A stretch of 64,000 nucleotides of DNA from Eledone cirrhosa (GCA_964016885.1 OZ024740.1:86614001-86678000), one strand, 5' to 3'. Shown: positions 43,722 to 57,908, numbered from the stretch's first letter. Numbers and translations are program-made. The notes: generated by a model from the sequence alone, not told the origin.

Positions 43722-44644
43722 TTCCTGTGTCTGTGTTGAAAAAAAAGGCGACGATGGTTACCGAACACTGTAGGGCGTAATTCGGGCTGTTTGTTTACAA
43801 ACAAACCGAACATGTTTGCATGTATGTATAGGAGTTGGTGTTGGCAGAAACTTATCTGGACGTAGGACGTTTATCTGGACTTTGTCCAAGAAGCATTTGA
43901 ATGTTAAGTGCTTATTTTTTTTCGTTCTTGATGTCTTTCAATATGATAATAATGAGAGCGTAGCCAGTTGAGGTGAAATAATTTTGTCTTAATAATATAG
44001 GTTGCGAGCTCAATTTTGTGAGGCATAGATAGCGTGGAGATAAAGACTTGGGTGAAATTTAAAGTTGATACCAATATCATTTGGCGGCTATACAGAGGAT
44101 AGAGATTGAAATTTTCAAGTCGAACCCAATAAACACGGGCTAACATGTGTTAATCATTTCTGACAACAGTTTTCAAGGTGCAGCTGGACAAAAAAAGTAG
44201 AAAAATTATGCTATGAATATCACTAAACTGAAAGGTTGTAAATCTCAAAAACATATTCTGCAAGCCATGTTCCGTTTGTATGTGGGCATACCACCTTAAG
44301 ATATTATCGACAGTTAATTTGAGTTGAGGTCTCTAGTGTTATCGGATACAACGAGGCTTCACTCGTGTGAAAGGAGTAAGGTAGCTTAAGTGAATATTCT
44401 TTTTCAAATATATTGTCATCTAGAATCATATATTTTTCTTTGTCAATTGGATAACAGATCGGTTGATGACCCTTTAAACTATTCAGTCATTTTCATAATG
44501 TGTTATTTTGTTATGCTCCATGGTATTAATGATATTATTAATGTGATTAATAAAGAGGAGTGGGTCAATCACAATGCCTCATGGGACGCCATTATTCACT
44601 TTTGGGTGAATCTTAAAAAGGGCCGTGGATTGGCACCTTGAAAA

Positions 44645-44835
44645 GGGCGGTGGATTGGCAGTATCGGTAGAGGATCGGACGCCATGCTTTCCAGCATAGT
44701 TACGTCCATTTACGATCTGAGTTCAAATCCCGCCGAGGTTGACTTTGCCTTTCATCCTTACGGGGTCGATAAAATAAAGTACCAGTAATGCACTGGGTAA
44801 TTGCTGGCCTTGTGCCTAAAGTAGAAACAATTATT
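44645..44835 (+). mobile_element. tRNA-derived SINE, full length
   Basis: A and B boxes plus central domain. Confidence 0.85.
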
Positions 44836-44908
44836 CACTTTTGTTGAGCTTCATCATGTTCCTTCAACCACAACATGCTGACGTTCAATAATCTGGCTGG
44901 AAGGTATA

Positions 44909-44949
44909 CGGTGTTGACGATAGCTAATAAGCTTGAAACTAGTACATCG
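44909..44949 (+). ncRNA. Minimal HHR in retrozyme-like copy 3 (~44878-45160), core TTGACGA
   Basis: Same motif with C3U. Confidence 0.75.
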
Positions 44950-45348
44950 TTCCTTTGCCAGTGTTGAACAAAAGGGCAACGATGGCTGCTAAACACTGTA
45001 CGGCTTAAATCGAGATGTTTGTTTACAAACAAAACGAGCATTATAATAAATGTTCGGTGAATCCATACGTACATATAAATATGTGTGCATGTATGTATAT
45101 ATATATACATACTACTTTACGTCTGTATACATATATGTATGTACGTATACATACTTACATTTATATATATGAAAAGTGAAGAGAGACATTCATTGTTAAA
45201 TAAATTGCTTGGTTATTGCATTGTTTAATTGCCACTTGTAATTGGATGCTTTTGGTACACTACATTACCTATATCATCATGCAATTCAACATACCTCCTT
45301 TTTTTTTGTTTGTTGTTGTTGTTGTTGTTCTTCTTCTTCTTCTTCTTC

Positions 45349-45410
<62 letters not shown>

Positions 45411-45411
<1 letters not shown>

Positions 45412-46177
45412 TTTGAATCTCAGTCATTGATGTTAGTTAACTGGAAAGTCCGTTGGAATGAATATCAAGCCACTACCTGCAGCCTCAGATATTCAGGACG
45501 TATCGGAGGGTTCTTGCTGTTCCCAGCAAGCATGCCCTTTGAAGCGTTCCAAAAAGCGTGAAGGGGCCGATTTTCTTTAACCATCCCTGGAAACTTTTGG
45601 AGATAGTCCCCAGTGCGCCTATGACAATCGGGATCACTTTGACTTCATGGCAGTTCCAAATCCTTTTTACCTCCCACTTTAAGTCCTGGTATCGGTTAAT
45701 TTTCTCCCTCTCCTTCTCTTGCACTCTCGTGTCAAATGGGCAGGCCACATCTACAATCAGACACGATCTTTTTTCTTTGTCCACAACCACCAGGTCAGGT
45801 CTATTGTGTTCCAGTTTCTTGTCCGTCTGTATCCTAAAATCCCACAGCACCTTCACCTGATCGTTCTCCATCACCGCCTCTGGCTTATGCTCATACCATT
45901 TCTCAGAATGTGGTAAATTGTTTACTTTGCACAGGTGCCAGTGGATCACCCTGCCCATCACATCATGTCTCCAGCCCTTATAGTGGGTCTGGGCTAGGTG
46001 TTTACACTCGGATACAATGTGAGCCACAGTCTCCTCTCTCTCTCCACAGATCCTGCACAGTGGGCTAGCCTCCTCCTTGTAAATATGGTGTTTCAACCAC
46101 TTCGTTTTGAGGGCCTGCTCCTGCGCAGCCATTAACATTCCTTCTGTAGCCTTTTTAAGGTCTCCTCTTCTCAACCA
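45411..46177 (-). mobile_element. 5'-truncated R4/Dong-clade retrotransposon in (TAA)n
   Basis: AAQEQAL, CRIC..H....C knuckle, RHD, LWDF.IQTD, RPDLVVVDK, IVDVACP, K..RY.DL; (TTA)n on both flanks. Confidence 0.9.
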
Positions 46178-46715
46178 TTATTATTATTATTATTATTATT
46201 CCTTCGCACCAGCTCCTGCAATGCTGCTCGTATAGAGAAGGTGTCGCAGGTGCCGGATAGCGATACGGCCCCCAAGATGTGATGTTTAGTTGCAATATAA
46301 GCGCGGTGCTGCCAGATTACTAAGTAGCCCCGAACAACCAGCGTTAAACTACTGAAGATGACATAGCAATTGGTGACAATCTTTAACTCCCAAGAAAACT
46401 CTCACAACCCTATTACAAGGCGAATAAAGGCCAACTCATAAGAAGTATAATCTCTACAGATTGATGACTGGCGCAAATAAATGTATCAAAACTGCTATAT
46501 GGTGAGAGGTAACAAAAGGAATCATCGTCCTCGGCGCAGGTTAACAAGGGACGTGTTCAGGGCTTAAGTGGAGGGACCTGTTTGAAAAATATATTGCAGT
46601 CTCCATTTTATGTTGTATAATCTGTCGATGGGCCTGTGTTCTATACTGGGGGGTGTGTGATGGACACACAAAGATTGCATATCTCGAGACTCCGAAGAGT
46701 ATTCAACAAATCTAA

Positions 46716-46905
46716 CAATTGTTTCTATATTTGGCACATTTGAAGAGATGGAGGAAAATTGATTAAATTGACCCCAGTGCTTTATTGATATTTTATTTTA
46801 TCGACCTAGTAAGTATAAAAGGGAAAACTAACCTCGGCGGGATTTGATCTCAGAATGTAAACAGCCGTAACTATATGCCGTAAATCCTGTTGTCCGATAC
46901 TCTAA
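46716..46905 (-). mobile_element. Degenerate SINE
   Basis: Family motifs present. Confidence 0.7.
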
Positions 46906-47000
46906 TAACATGAAATGAATAGAGGAACTAACATACATGCATACATAAACACACACGCATGAAGATACCCACTCATAACAGGAGTACAATTACACATAGA

Positions 47001-47036
<36 letters not shown>

Positions 47037-47042
<6 letters not shown>

Positions 47043-47376
47043 AGAAAACGAAAAATCAGTGATGCATCTGGACTTAGTTTATTTCGTGTTACAAATGTTT
47101 CGCCGGCATGTAGCTCGAGTCATGGTCCTTGTATGGATCTGGCTGATTCTACTTCTGCGGGTTCTTTCAGTCACGGGTGTTATGTCCGGAGCAAATTTTA
47201 TCAGTGATAAAATTTGCTCCGGACTTGCTCCGGACATAACACCCGTGACTGAAAGAACCCGCAGAAGTAGAATCAGCCAGATCCATACAAGGACCATGAC
47301 TCGAGCTACATGCCGGCGAAACATTTGTAACACGAAATAAATTAAGTCCAGATGCATCACTGATTTTTCGTTTTCT

Positions 47377-47382
<6 letters not shown>
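47037..47382. repeat. Fold-back palindrome, ~155 bp arms with nested central hairpin, in (TA)n
   Basis: One mismatch between arms; inner palindrome 47184-47224. Confidence 0.93.
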
Positions 47383-47462
<80 letters not shown>

Positions 47463-47759
47463 TGCATATTAGCAGACTGGCTGATCAGTCAGATCTGCAT
47501 ATTAGCAGATCTACTGATCATCCAGATTTGCATCAGCAGACTGGCCAGTCAGTTTCCTGTATACGAGCAATAAATGGCCGGCTTTGCCAAATTCAAATAA
47601 TAAAAAAAATTTCGCTCTACATGGCTGAATACAATAAATGTAATCTGAGTTTTTCGAATATTAATAATAACATTCGATTCGTTTGCAATTTTTCAAACAA
47701 GCCTCAATGTTATAGCCATGTCAGTAGAATGACATGGCTATAAAATTGAGTCTTGTTTG

Positions 47760-50315
47760 CATAACTGTATATTTATGCCTGATTTTAAATACAGTCTATT
47801 CTACTATCATACATTAAGGGTCTCTTTAGATTGTTATCTATTCATTACTGGACAAGGTATATGTTATGAAGGATTATACAGCTGTTAATGTCATAATAGA
47901 TATGCTCTATGTTTAATAATATAATCCCTAATATACAATGCTATTACATTTTATATTTAATTATAAATGTATATATACTTTATTATTATTATGTTGAGTA
48001 ATTTAAGCATTTAATTATACAATTATAAATGCACATATAGTTTATTATCACATATTGCATTAAATGTCTCTACATACCAAGTGCCAAATATCCATTACTG
48101 TATATGATATAATTAATCTATTGTAGTTATATCACAAGGTGGTAACTCTATGTCTAATTCTAACTGCTATTACAGAGCATAAGGTTATAGATGGATAGGA
48201 GTTGTGTAGAGGAAAGAGTTGGTCGAGTGGTTTGTGGTTGTGGGTGCTGCTAACTCCTAGATGTGTAGTGTTAATGGTGGTGGGGAATTCAAATCTGACA
48301 TTGTTGTATACTAACAGCTAGGTTTAAAGTTATGGAACGAGTGCCGGTACCGGTGTTGGCACGAGGAAAATGTCTCTGACTTTCTATTAAGGAGGTATAG
48401 TTTCGAAAAGATTATAGTATTGGTCTCCAGAAGGCAGAGACTACACAATTTGTTCAGTGGTTTATACGATGAGACCTTACCTACTACATCCCATTGCAGT
48501 GGAGGTGCGAGTTGTATCTCGTCTTGAAGTTGTTCGAAGTAGAAGCTATATATGTTTTAGAAGAGTTGTTTGCGTTGACGGTGCATGAGTAGATGATGTC
48601 TTTGGTTAAACAATTATTACCTAAGAGGCAAGTTCTATTAGTTCTACAGTTACATTTATTCTGGGTGTTAGCTTACCGGTTCCTATGTTGTGAAGAATTC
48701 TGGTTGCTAGGGATAGCACTAGGGTAATGATGTCTATCATTCGTATTGCTATTGATTTCATGAGTGCTATTACCATTATTACTATTATTACTACTATTGT
48801 TTACAGGTACTAAGTTTACCTCCCGTTGTGTTTTAATTAGTTGGAAATAGTTATTAATCTTCCTTTTATTACTACTAGCTATATGGTATGCTATGTTAGG
48901 TGTGGTGGAGTACGATATTTTAATTGTATTTTTATTGATAAGGCTATGGTACTTGTGGCCGGTCGGGAATTTTTTTTCTAAGATTGAGAAGAAAGCCTTA
49001 GGCAAGTTGGTAGAGATTGAAGACTGTATTAGTTCTCCTTCTATTTTTGTTTATAGTATTGTTTTTTTAGGTATTTATATCCCTGTTTATATTATTATCG
49101 TGGTGTTTACTTTGGTGCGAGTTAAGTTTGGTATTAATCTTCGTCTTAGAGTTATAGTGGCTACTGTTTTTACTATTTTTCCTCATGGCCATATTATGAG
49201 AAATAATGTTGTAACTATGTGATTTTATAGGTAGGAATTCAATCTCATTCCTATGTCCTTATTTAGCTAAGGCCTCATTATAGCATTGTGAATTATTGTT
49301 AAATATAGTTTCGTTATATGATAGATTAGAGATTCTATTAGATATTCCTTTGGTAATAGAGTTTAATATGGATTTAGGGTGGTTAGAGTTGGTGTTCACA
49401 TAAATTAGTTTTTCGTTAGGTTTATGATAGTGTGTGTATATTCTAGAGTCTAGGCTAAAGGTAGCATCAAGGAAGTTGACGTGTTTAGTGTTTTTATCTA
49501 AGGTGATACTTAAGTTGTAGTTTTTGAAAATTGTGTGTAACTGTTTCCTAGTTTTTTCTATATTAAATTTTTTATAGTCTATAAGAAGAAGCGCATAATC
49601 GCGGTATAAACCACCGTTGAGGTAGGGTAGGTTCTTATGGATTTCATTGAGTAGGTATAGGCCCACCAAATCGGTGACCTGCGCCGAGTCACTAGATCCC
49701 ATGGTTATGGCAAAGTTGTTATGCGTATCCTTGAGGGTCCATAATTATTCTTCAAATGTAATTATGGTTTTTCGGGCCGCAAGTATGACATCAATTTAGG
49801 ATCTAGTCAGGTCACTATTGTTCATGGCCATAATTAGAGCCTTATTTAATAGGATAGGGAAAATAGAGGTGTAGTATGAATTGATATCAAATTGTATAAA
49901 TGTTTTATTATTACACTCTTTAATACCCTTGAACCATTCAATAACCACACCCGTATTTCCCCATTGGTTAAGGTATATTTTATGCTTAAATTGTGGGATG
50001 ATTTTATCTAATATTTTCTTGCTGATAATACCAATGTCAGACTTGGAAGGGCAAATCAGTCTAATTGAAAGGTTACTAATGAAGTCTTCTTTATGATCCT
50101 TCAGAGAGAATCTTGGGGGTTAGGGGTGTATAGCTGTGTATGTCTCTGAAGTCCTAATTTACTCACTATATTAAGGCCTTCAATATTTATATCTTCTAGG
50201 TTTTTAGTAGTAGTTTTCTTGTAGCTCCTATGCAGTTCCTTATATATAAATGTTCTATAAGTATCCTAATCTAAGCTATATATATTATTAGTTTTATCTG
50301 CATGTACTATGATTT

Positions 50316-50317
<2 letters not shown>
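47760..50317 (-). mobile_element. Degraded Naiad-like PLE E, 5'-truncated or interrupted at (TA)n
   Basis: IIVHADKTNNIY, RLICPSKSDIG, MGSSDSAQVTDLVG, GGLYRDY, KCNCRTNRTCLLGNNC. Confidence 0.85.
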
Positions 50318-50381
<64 letters not shown>

Positions 50382-50449
50382 TACTGATAGCTTTGATAGG
50401 TTTCCGCCAGTATTGGCCCAGGCCATGTCTAACAGGCCATGTCACCTGG

Positions 50450-50491
<42 letters not shown>

Positions 50492-50557
50492 CCAGGTGAC
50501 ATGGCCTGTTAGACATGGCCTGGGCCAATACTGGCGGAAACCTATCAAAGCTATCAG

Positions 50558-50605
<48 letters not shown>

Positions 50606-50613
50606 AAATCATA

Positions 50614-50619
<6 letters not shown>
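50302..50619. repeat. Compound palindrome centred on (AT)n
   Basis: Perfect ~70 bp arms (50381-50451 / 50490-50560), outer TA tracts and 17 bp outer arms. Confidence 0.9.
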
Positions 50620-50676
<57 letters not shown>

Positions 50677-50717
50677 TATATATATAGATATATATAGAGA
50701 GAGAGAGAAAAATCATA

Positions 50718-50816
<99 letters not shown>

Positions 50817-50826
50817 AACGAGTAGG

Positions 50827-50922
50827 ACCCCGACGGCTGAACTCAAGCCGTTTCGACGGCTAATTCTGGACTAAATAAAAATGTTTATCCTGGTATATGA
50901 ATAGCCGAGCTTCTCAGGGGGT
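50827..50922 (-). ncRNA. Type I HHR with full stem III and ~56 nt helix II; core CTGAGAA
   Basis: ACCCC(C)-CTGAGAA-GCTCGGCTA..TAGCCGTC-GAAACGGCT-TGAGTTC-AGCCGTC^GGGGT. Confidence 0.7.
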
Positions 50923-51619
50923 AATTCCATATATGGTATTACCCCCTGAGTGATTGTCACAAGGATTGGTCAAAAGTTTGTTGTTCAGACATAATAATTA
51001 TATCATTGCAATTTGTAGAGGAAAGGGGTAGCTGAACCTGCCAGTAGAAGAACGAGGGAGAGGGGGTGGAGGAAACCCAGTCGTGCGTTGATAGTGCCAA
51101 CTACAGCTGGGCAGGAGGTCAAAGAAGATACTAGGGAGGGGGAGGGGGAGCAAGTCGAAACAATAAGTAAAACAATATGGGGTAAATATATAGAAAAATA
51201 CCGAGAGTGTTAAAAAACAATTAAATGTAAAAAAAACAAACAATTTCTGGTTACTATGACCTAAGGACAGCTATCAAGTCTCTCACTGGTACTGCTAGAC
51301 TAAAGAAAGGTTGACTAGATGGGACGGAATTATAATGAGACCCTTTTAAGAGATATAAGTAAACAACCGAATATATCTTACGGTGACGGGTCAACAAGTG
51401 GGGGGCCAAAATACTAAAGAAACTACCACTAAATAATAATTCTGAAGTCCCGAGACCAGTACGAAATAAAGGTTTCTACCCTAGGCACAAGGCCAGCAAC
51501 CACCCAGTGCAAAAAAAAAAAACTAATATGAAATAATAATTCAAAATCCCTCTACTACCCTAAATATTGAGTACTTTGGTGCGTTATGGTCCACCTGGTT
51601 CCTTACCACATTTCCTTCG

Positions 51620-51668
<49 letters not shown>

Positions 51669-51669
<1 letters not shown>

Positions 51670-51900
51670 CTTTGATAACTTGAAGTCTTACAAATCAGGG
51701 TTTGGGCAACATGGCCAACTCGAGCAGAGAGTTACTGTTTACGGAGGCATATCCGGGTGTAGGAGGGTTATCTGGGATTTCTTGAAGGAATTTGTCCTAA
51801 GACTTCTTGAACTTGATGGGGTCTGTTTCTGTTTTTATGTGTTTTTGTGTAATGTTAAAGAGAGCAGGGCCAATTGAGGTGAAATAATTGTGCCGTATTG
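51669..51900 (-). mobile_element. LINE 3' fragment (CR1/Jockey-group-like C-terminus)
   Basis: FTSIGPALFN..FKKS*DKFLQEIPDNPPTPGY..SNSLLE. Confidence 0.55.
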
Positions 51901-51938
51901 TTGTTATAGTATCTATATCTATATATATATATATATAT

Positions 51939-51970
<32 letters not shown>

Positions 51971-51977
51971 GTATCTA

Positions 51978-52043
<66 letters not shown>

Positions 52044-52067
52044 TGTGTGTGTGTGTGTGTGTATGTT

Positions 52068-52732
52068 CAGTGAATATGGTTGGTTCGCTGGGGTGTCGGA
52101 GTTCAGATTTTCTATTGAATGGGGAGGGTAGAGATATGTATGTTTATTTGTGTGCTTGTGTGTGTGTTTGAATTTCTTTACTTAATTGAAGGCAACACGT
52201 ATACATTTAAATCAGGACAAAATTTTACTGTAAAAAATCACTTCACTTGCTCATCAAAAAATCTAGTTTATGCCATTAAATGTAAAGGATACAATGAAGA
52301 TTATATAGGACAAACTAAACTCACACTCAGAAACAGAATGACAGTTCATCGCCAACAATTACGAGATCCAACCACGAGATAGATACCACTAAGTGCACAT
52401 CTAGACATTTGCGCAAGTAATAAGACACCCAAATTCCAAGTCTTCCCATTTTACCTTTGCGCTAACAATACAACAGAACAAGTACGAATAAATAAGGAAA
52501 ATATGTTTATTCAAAAATATAGACCAGCATTAAATATGGTTTAATATACATTATGTCAACACCATAATATGACATACACACACACACACATAACACCTTC
52601 TACTTTAGAAAATAAAAACCCGAACTAAATAAATCTTAACATACGTTTGCACTGACAATACAACAGAACAAATACGAATAAGGAAGGAAAATATGTTCAT
52701 TCAAAAATATTCCTACTAAAGGAATCATTTTC

Positions 52733-52795
<63 letters not shown>

Positions 52796-53090
52796 ATATA
52801 TATATATATATATATATATTCTCTTCATCTTAACATGCTAACCATACTCCCCCACACATAACACCCATACACACACATAACAACCCCCACACCCACAACC
52901 CCCTCCCCCATTTCTACTAATAGAACCACTTTCCTACACACATATATACACACACAAAAAATATATATTCTCTCCATCTTAACATACTCGCACACACACA
53001 CACATAACACCCATATACACACACACACAACTCCCTCCCCCATTTCTACTAATAGAATCATCTTCCAATACACACACACACACACACACA

Positions 53091-53149
<59 letters not shown>

Positions 53150-54157
53150 GCACACAAATAAACATACATATCTTTACTTCTATAGAAAATCTGAACTCTG
53201 ACACCCCAGCGAACTAACCGTATTCACTGAACCAGAACAATTCTCCCAATCCCATTTCTCTTGACCACTATCTTTCCCTTGTCATAACATTCTCTATAAA
53301 GGCTACAGAATAGATTTCCAAATAAGGGCGCAAAAATGTAATGAAAACTTGTTCACGTGACAGCCAATTTTCATTTATAACCAATCAAATCACGTTTATT
53401 AAAAAAAAGCCTTCGTGAGCCACCTTTTTTTTAAGTAAAGAAATTCAAACACACACACACACAACACACACACAAGCACACAAATAAACATACATATCTT
53501 TACATTCTTTATTCAATAGAAAATCTGAATTCTGACACCCCAGCGAACTAACCATATTCACTGAACCAGAACAATTCTCCCATCCCTTTCTCTTGACCAT
53601 TATCTTTCACTTATCATAAAATTCTCTAAAAAGGCTACAGAATGGATTTCCAAATAAGGGCACGAAAATTTAATGAAAACTTGTTCACGTGACAGCCATA
53701 ATTTCATTTATAACCAACCCCAAAAAAGCCTTCGTGAGCCCCTTTTTTCAAGTAAAAAGAAATTCAAACACTCATATATGAAAAAACAACCTGTGACAAC
53801 CCCCCCCCCTCTTATTTGAAGAACTATTGTAACGCGAACTGGCGCGAAATTTATTATAATTATTGACAAACCAATCAAATTACTTCTCGAAAAACCTGGC
53901 ATTTCGAGCCACTTTTTCCATATAAAACAAGTAACATTTAGAGACCAACCAGATGTGAGAAAAACCACAGACCCTCCATCTCAACTCTACTTTTGAAAAG
54001 CAGAAGAACTGCGAAACCGGTAAAGGAACCAAATAAATATATATATATTTTTTTAAAATAAGACTCCAGTTGCATTTTCGATTTCATCTCTTTTTCTTTA
54101 TACTTTCACTCGTGTAGGACACCTCGGTTATTTTTCAATTTGTAAAAAAAACCTCAC

Positions 54158-54163
<6 letters not shown>
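52068..54163 (+). mobile_element. 3' part of Neptune-like PLE F (GIY-YIG, 3' UTR, pLTR) with short inverted 5' piece
   Basis: FTCSSKNLVYAIKC..YIGQT..RMTVHR; 52068-52170 inverted versus ~53140-53232; tail copies at 43387-43487 and 61441-61655. Confidence 0.8.
53988..54027 (+). ncRNA. Minimal HHR, U3-A8 core (minus copy 61578-61617)
   Basis: CTT-TTGAAAA-GCAG-AAGAA-CTGC-GAAACCGGTA^AAG. Confidence 0.78.
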
Positions 54164-54228
<65 letters not shown>

Positions 54229-54254
54229 TACATATATATATATATATATATATG

Positions 54255-54321
<67 letters not shown>

Positions 54322-54322
54322 G

Positions 54323-54420
<98 letters not shown>

Positions 54421-55582
54421 TACATATATATATATATATGCATACATATATATATATATACAGTTATTAAGGCCAGTTACTAAAACGGCGTCATACCAGA
54501 TACGTACGTTTCGGTAGCCCTGAGTACCAAATTGTTCTACCTCGACCGATGAAAAGGTTTACTCAAAAAAAAAAATACAGAACAATAATGAAAGAGAGAA
54601 GAGCTCCAAAACGAAACCCAGATAATCTGGATGATCGAAGGGAGAAAATTTGAGCGGAAAAGAAAACACCAACAAACGCTAAATTAGCTAATAATTATAA
54701 GAGGGCTACTAAAATTCGATAGATTAAGAAAGATATAAATCAGTATTAAGGTGGCCTATTCTTTAAAAGGTTCTTAGATAATCTAATCTAATCTAATCTG
54801 GCTGAGTTTACACTCACAAATATGAAGAACTATGCCGCCCCTAGGAGCATTGGATTTGGTGTACGTCATATTTGTTTCGGTTGCTGAATACAATCAGAGG
54901 TCGCCGCTTCTCTTGAAGGTCAATAGTTCTCTTCTAGCTCGAGCGGGAGAGCCTTTCCGTTGTCAATTTTTATTGAGCATCTGCAAAGCCGCATTGTTCT
55001 CAGAACCACTACACCAGTCTTTCGATGCGTGCAGCTGGGACTACTGCCACCCATTAATTTGGCAGGATTTTTATTTTTTATTTTTAGATGGTCGTTGACT
55101 CTTATGAGTTCTTCTGCCCTTTGTCAGGTTATGTTTTTTTGTCCTGCAAGGTGTCCAAAATCACCCTCCTCATCAAATAAATTTGGTGGGGTTGCCGGTT
55201 TAATCGCCGACCATACGACAGGTTGTACTGGGTTACATGCTACCAGTAGCACTCGAGAGTGACCTGACATAAACCTGACATAAAGGTTCTTAGAAACATG
55301 ACCTATTGTAAACACTTCGAAATATATTGAGTCACTTTGTTAGTTGTTGGTTTGATTTCCACACAGAAATTTGAATTTGTCTCCTAAGCTCTGGCTAATT
55401 AACCAAAGCAAGTTAAAGACAGCAATGTAAAATATCAAACCCATTCGGCCAATGTCTTTAATTTCCTTCATCGCTGATATCTTAACAGAATTGAAATGGA
55501 TCTAACAAATCACATACATACATACATACATACATACATACATACATACATACATACATACATACATACATACATACATACA

Positions 55583-56745
55583 TGGTGGCTGCCAACTCGT
55601 TTTCGAGTACGGCCACTACTTTATATCCATGTAGGAGAACCCCTACCGATGCGCTGAACGAGTGTGACTTTTTAGTCCAGCCAGCGACTTGAAAACTCTG
55701 GTACCAACGCTACACTTGTGACAATTATTGACACATAGTGCTGGGCCCATAGTACCATGTGACGACAAGTGCAGAGAGATCTCCAGATATAAAGCAATGC
55801 CTGTGCCGTGAAGCTTTTATAGTGAGCAAAGGCACTGCACAAAGCCACTCCCACTCTCTTAACCAAGATGATATTTACCAAAAAGAAGAACAAGTCAACA
55901 TCATTGGATACCATCAGGGTTGCAGGTGTTATATCAAAGTTTTCCTTCTCCTAGAATTCTGCTTTGACAAAGGCTAAGGGGTCATCTCTCCCGGTGATTT
56001 TGGATGGCCATTGACTCTTAAGAGCTTTTTTACCCTTTGACAGGTTTTGATTTTAGTCCTGCAGAATATCCAAAGTCACCCTCCTCACCAAGAAACCTTG
56101 GTGGGGTTGCCAGTTTAGTCGCCAACGACCCGACCATGAGACAGGTTGTACTGGGATACATGTTACCAGTTGCACCAACTGGTGACCTGACATACATATA
56201 TACACATACATACATACATACATACATACATACATACATGCATGCATACATACATACATACATACATACATACATACATACATACATACATACATACATA
56301 CATACATACATACATACATACATACATACATACATGGTGGCTGCCAACTCGTTTTCGAGTACGGCCACTACTTTATATCCATGTAGGAGAACCCCTACCG
56401 ATGCGCTGAACGAATGTGAGTTTTTAGTCCAGCCAGCGACTTGAAAACTCTGGTACAAAGACTACACTTGTGACCATTATTGACACAGTGCAGGGCCCAT
56501 GGTACCATGTGACGACAAGTGCAGAGAGATCTCCAGATACAAAGCAATGCCTGTGCTGTGAAGCTTTTATAGTGAGCAAAGGCACTGCACAAAGCCAGTC
56601 CCACTCTCTTAACCAAGATGATATTTACCAAAAAGAAGAACAAGTCAACATCATTGGATACCATCAGGGTTGCAGGTGTTATATCAAAGTTTTCCTTCTC
56701 CTAGAATTCTGCCTTGACAAAGGCTAAGGGGTCATCTCTCCCGGA
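55583..56745 (-). mobile_element. Two tandem copies of a short RTE-related element separated and flanked by (TATG)n
   Basis: 55583-55993 matches 56335-56745; C-terminal CSLCTRVFKSLAGLKTHIRSAH; 55994-56190 related to 55090-55270. Confidence 0.6.
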
Positions 56746-56763
56746 CATACATACATACATACA

Positions 56764-56794
<31 letters not shown>

Positions 56795-56968
56795 GTATGT
56801 ATAAATGAACACACATACCAAGATATATACATATATGTAAATATGAACATAAATATATATTTACATATATGCATGAATAGAAGCATATATAGAAGCATAA
56901 CTACATACATACACACTACACACATACACATATAAATACATACATACATACATACATACATACATACA

Positions 56969-57002
<34 letters not shown>

Positions 57003-57682
57003 CATTAAAAAATTTGTGAAATTATAAAACCAGAAGAACATACATACATGCACACATATAAACATATACACATACAGACAGAGAGACAGACATGCAGGCA
57101 GACTGATAGATGGTCAAACAGTTTGATGGACGGACAAACAGAGGAAGACAGAATCTTTGGAACTCTTTGACTGAAGAATGGAATATAATGGTGCTTTTCC
57201 AATTATGGCTGAAACCCTCGGCTCAGGTAATCATTGTTATCTGGAGTAAGAACGACATTGCCATGGAACAAGCAGTAATTGAAAAACCAACTGCTACATA
57301 GAACTGGATTTCAATGGCCGTCCGTATAACATGCTCACTTACGCGTTTTGGCTTCTTTTCCAAATGTTCTTCTTTTTCTTTTCTTATCATTATCTTGTTT
57401 TTTTTTTTGTTTTTTTCGTTTCTAAACGAAGAAAGGAGAAAGGATAAATTAGAAAGGAAGAAACAACAGATAAACAAAAGAGAAGAGATAACAACAACAG
57501 AAATGACAATAATAGTATCAACAGCAACAGGAGTGACAAGTCACAACAACAGCAATAAAAATGACAATGATAACAAGAGGGAAGAAATACAAACATAACA
57601 ACATCGAAATCCATAATAAAGCAACTGCGATAACGACAACTATAGCAACAACAATACCACCAAGAACAAACATCATCAGTTA

Positions 57683-57716
<34 letters not shown>

Positions 57717-57848
57717 TAAAGTGCAGAGGGACAGAGAAGGGAAGAGAGACCGAGAGGTACAGATATAGATATGGCTATATATATATATTATTGTTGCCGA
57801 GCAGAAGAGGCAATTCTTTAGTGTTTATGTATGATACATACATTTGTT

Positions 57849-57908
<60 letters not shown>

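Noticed and set aside
47694-47759. 30 bp-arm hairpin as a terminator
   Set aside because: Eukaryotic DNA; more likely another small junctional fold-back.
54495-54550. Minus-strand HHR with GGTAG/CTACC stem and GAAACGTACGTA
   Set aside because: 5' core reads CGGTCGA and stem I is absent; degenerate.
57150-57370. Possible host exon in non-repetitive sequence
   Set aside because: No recognisable protein motif or convincing splice-site pair.
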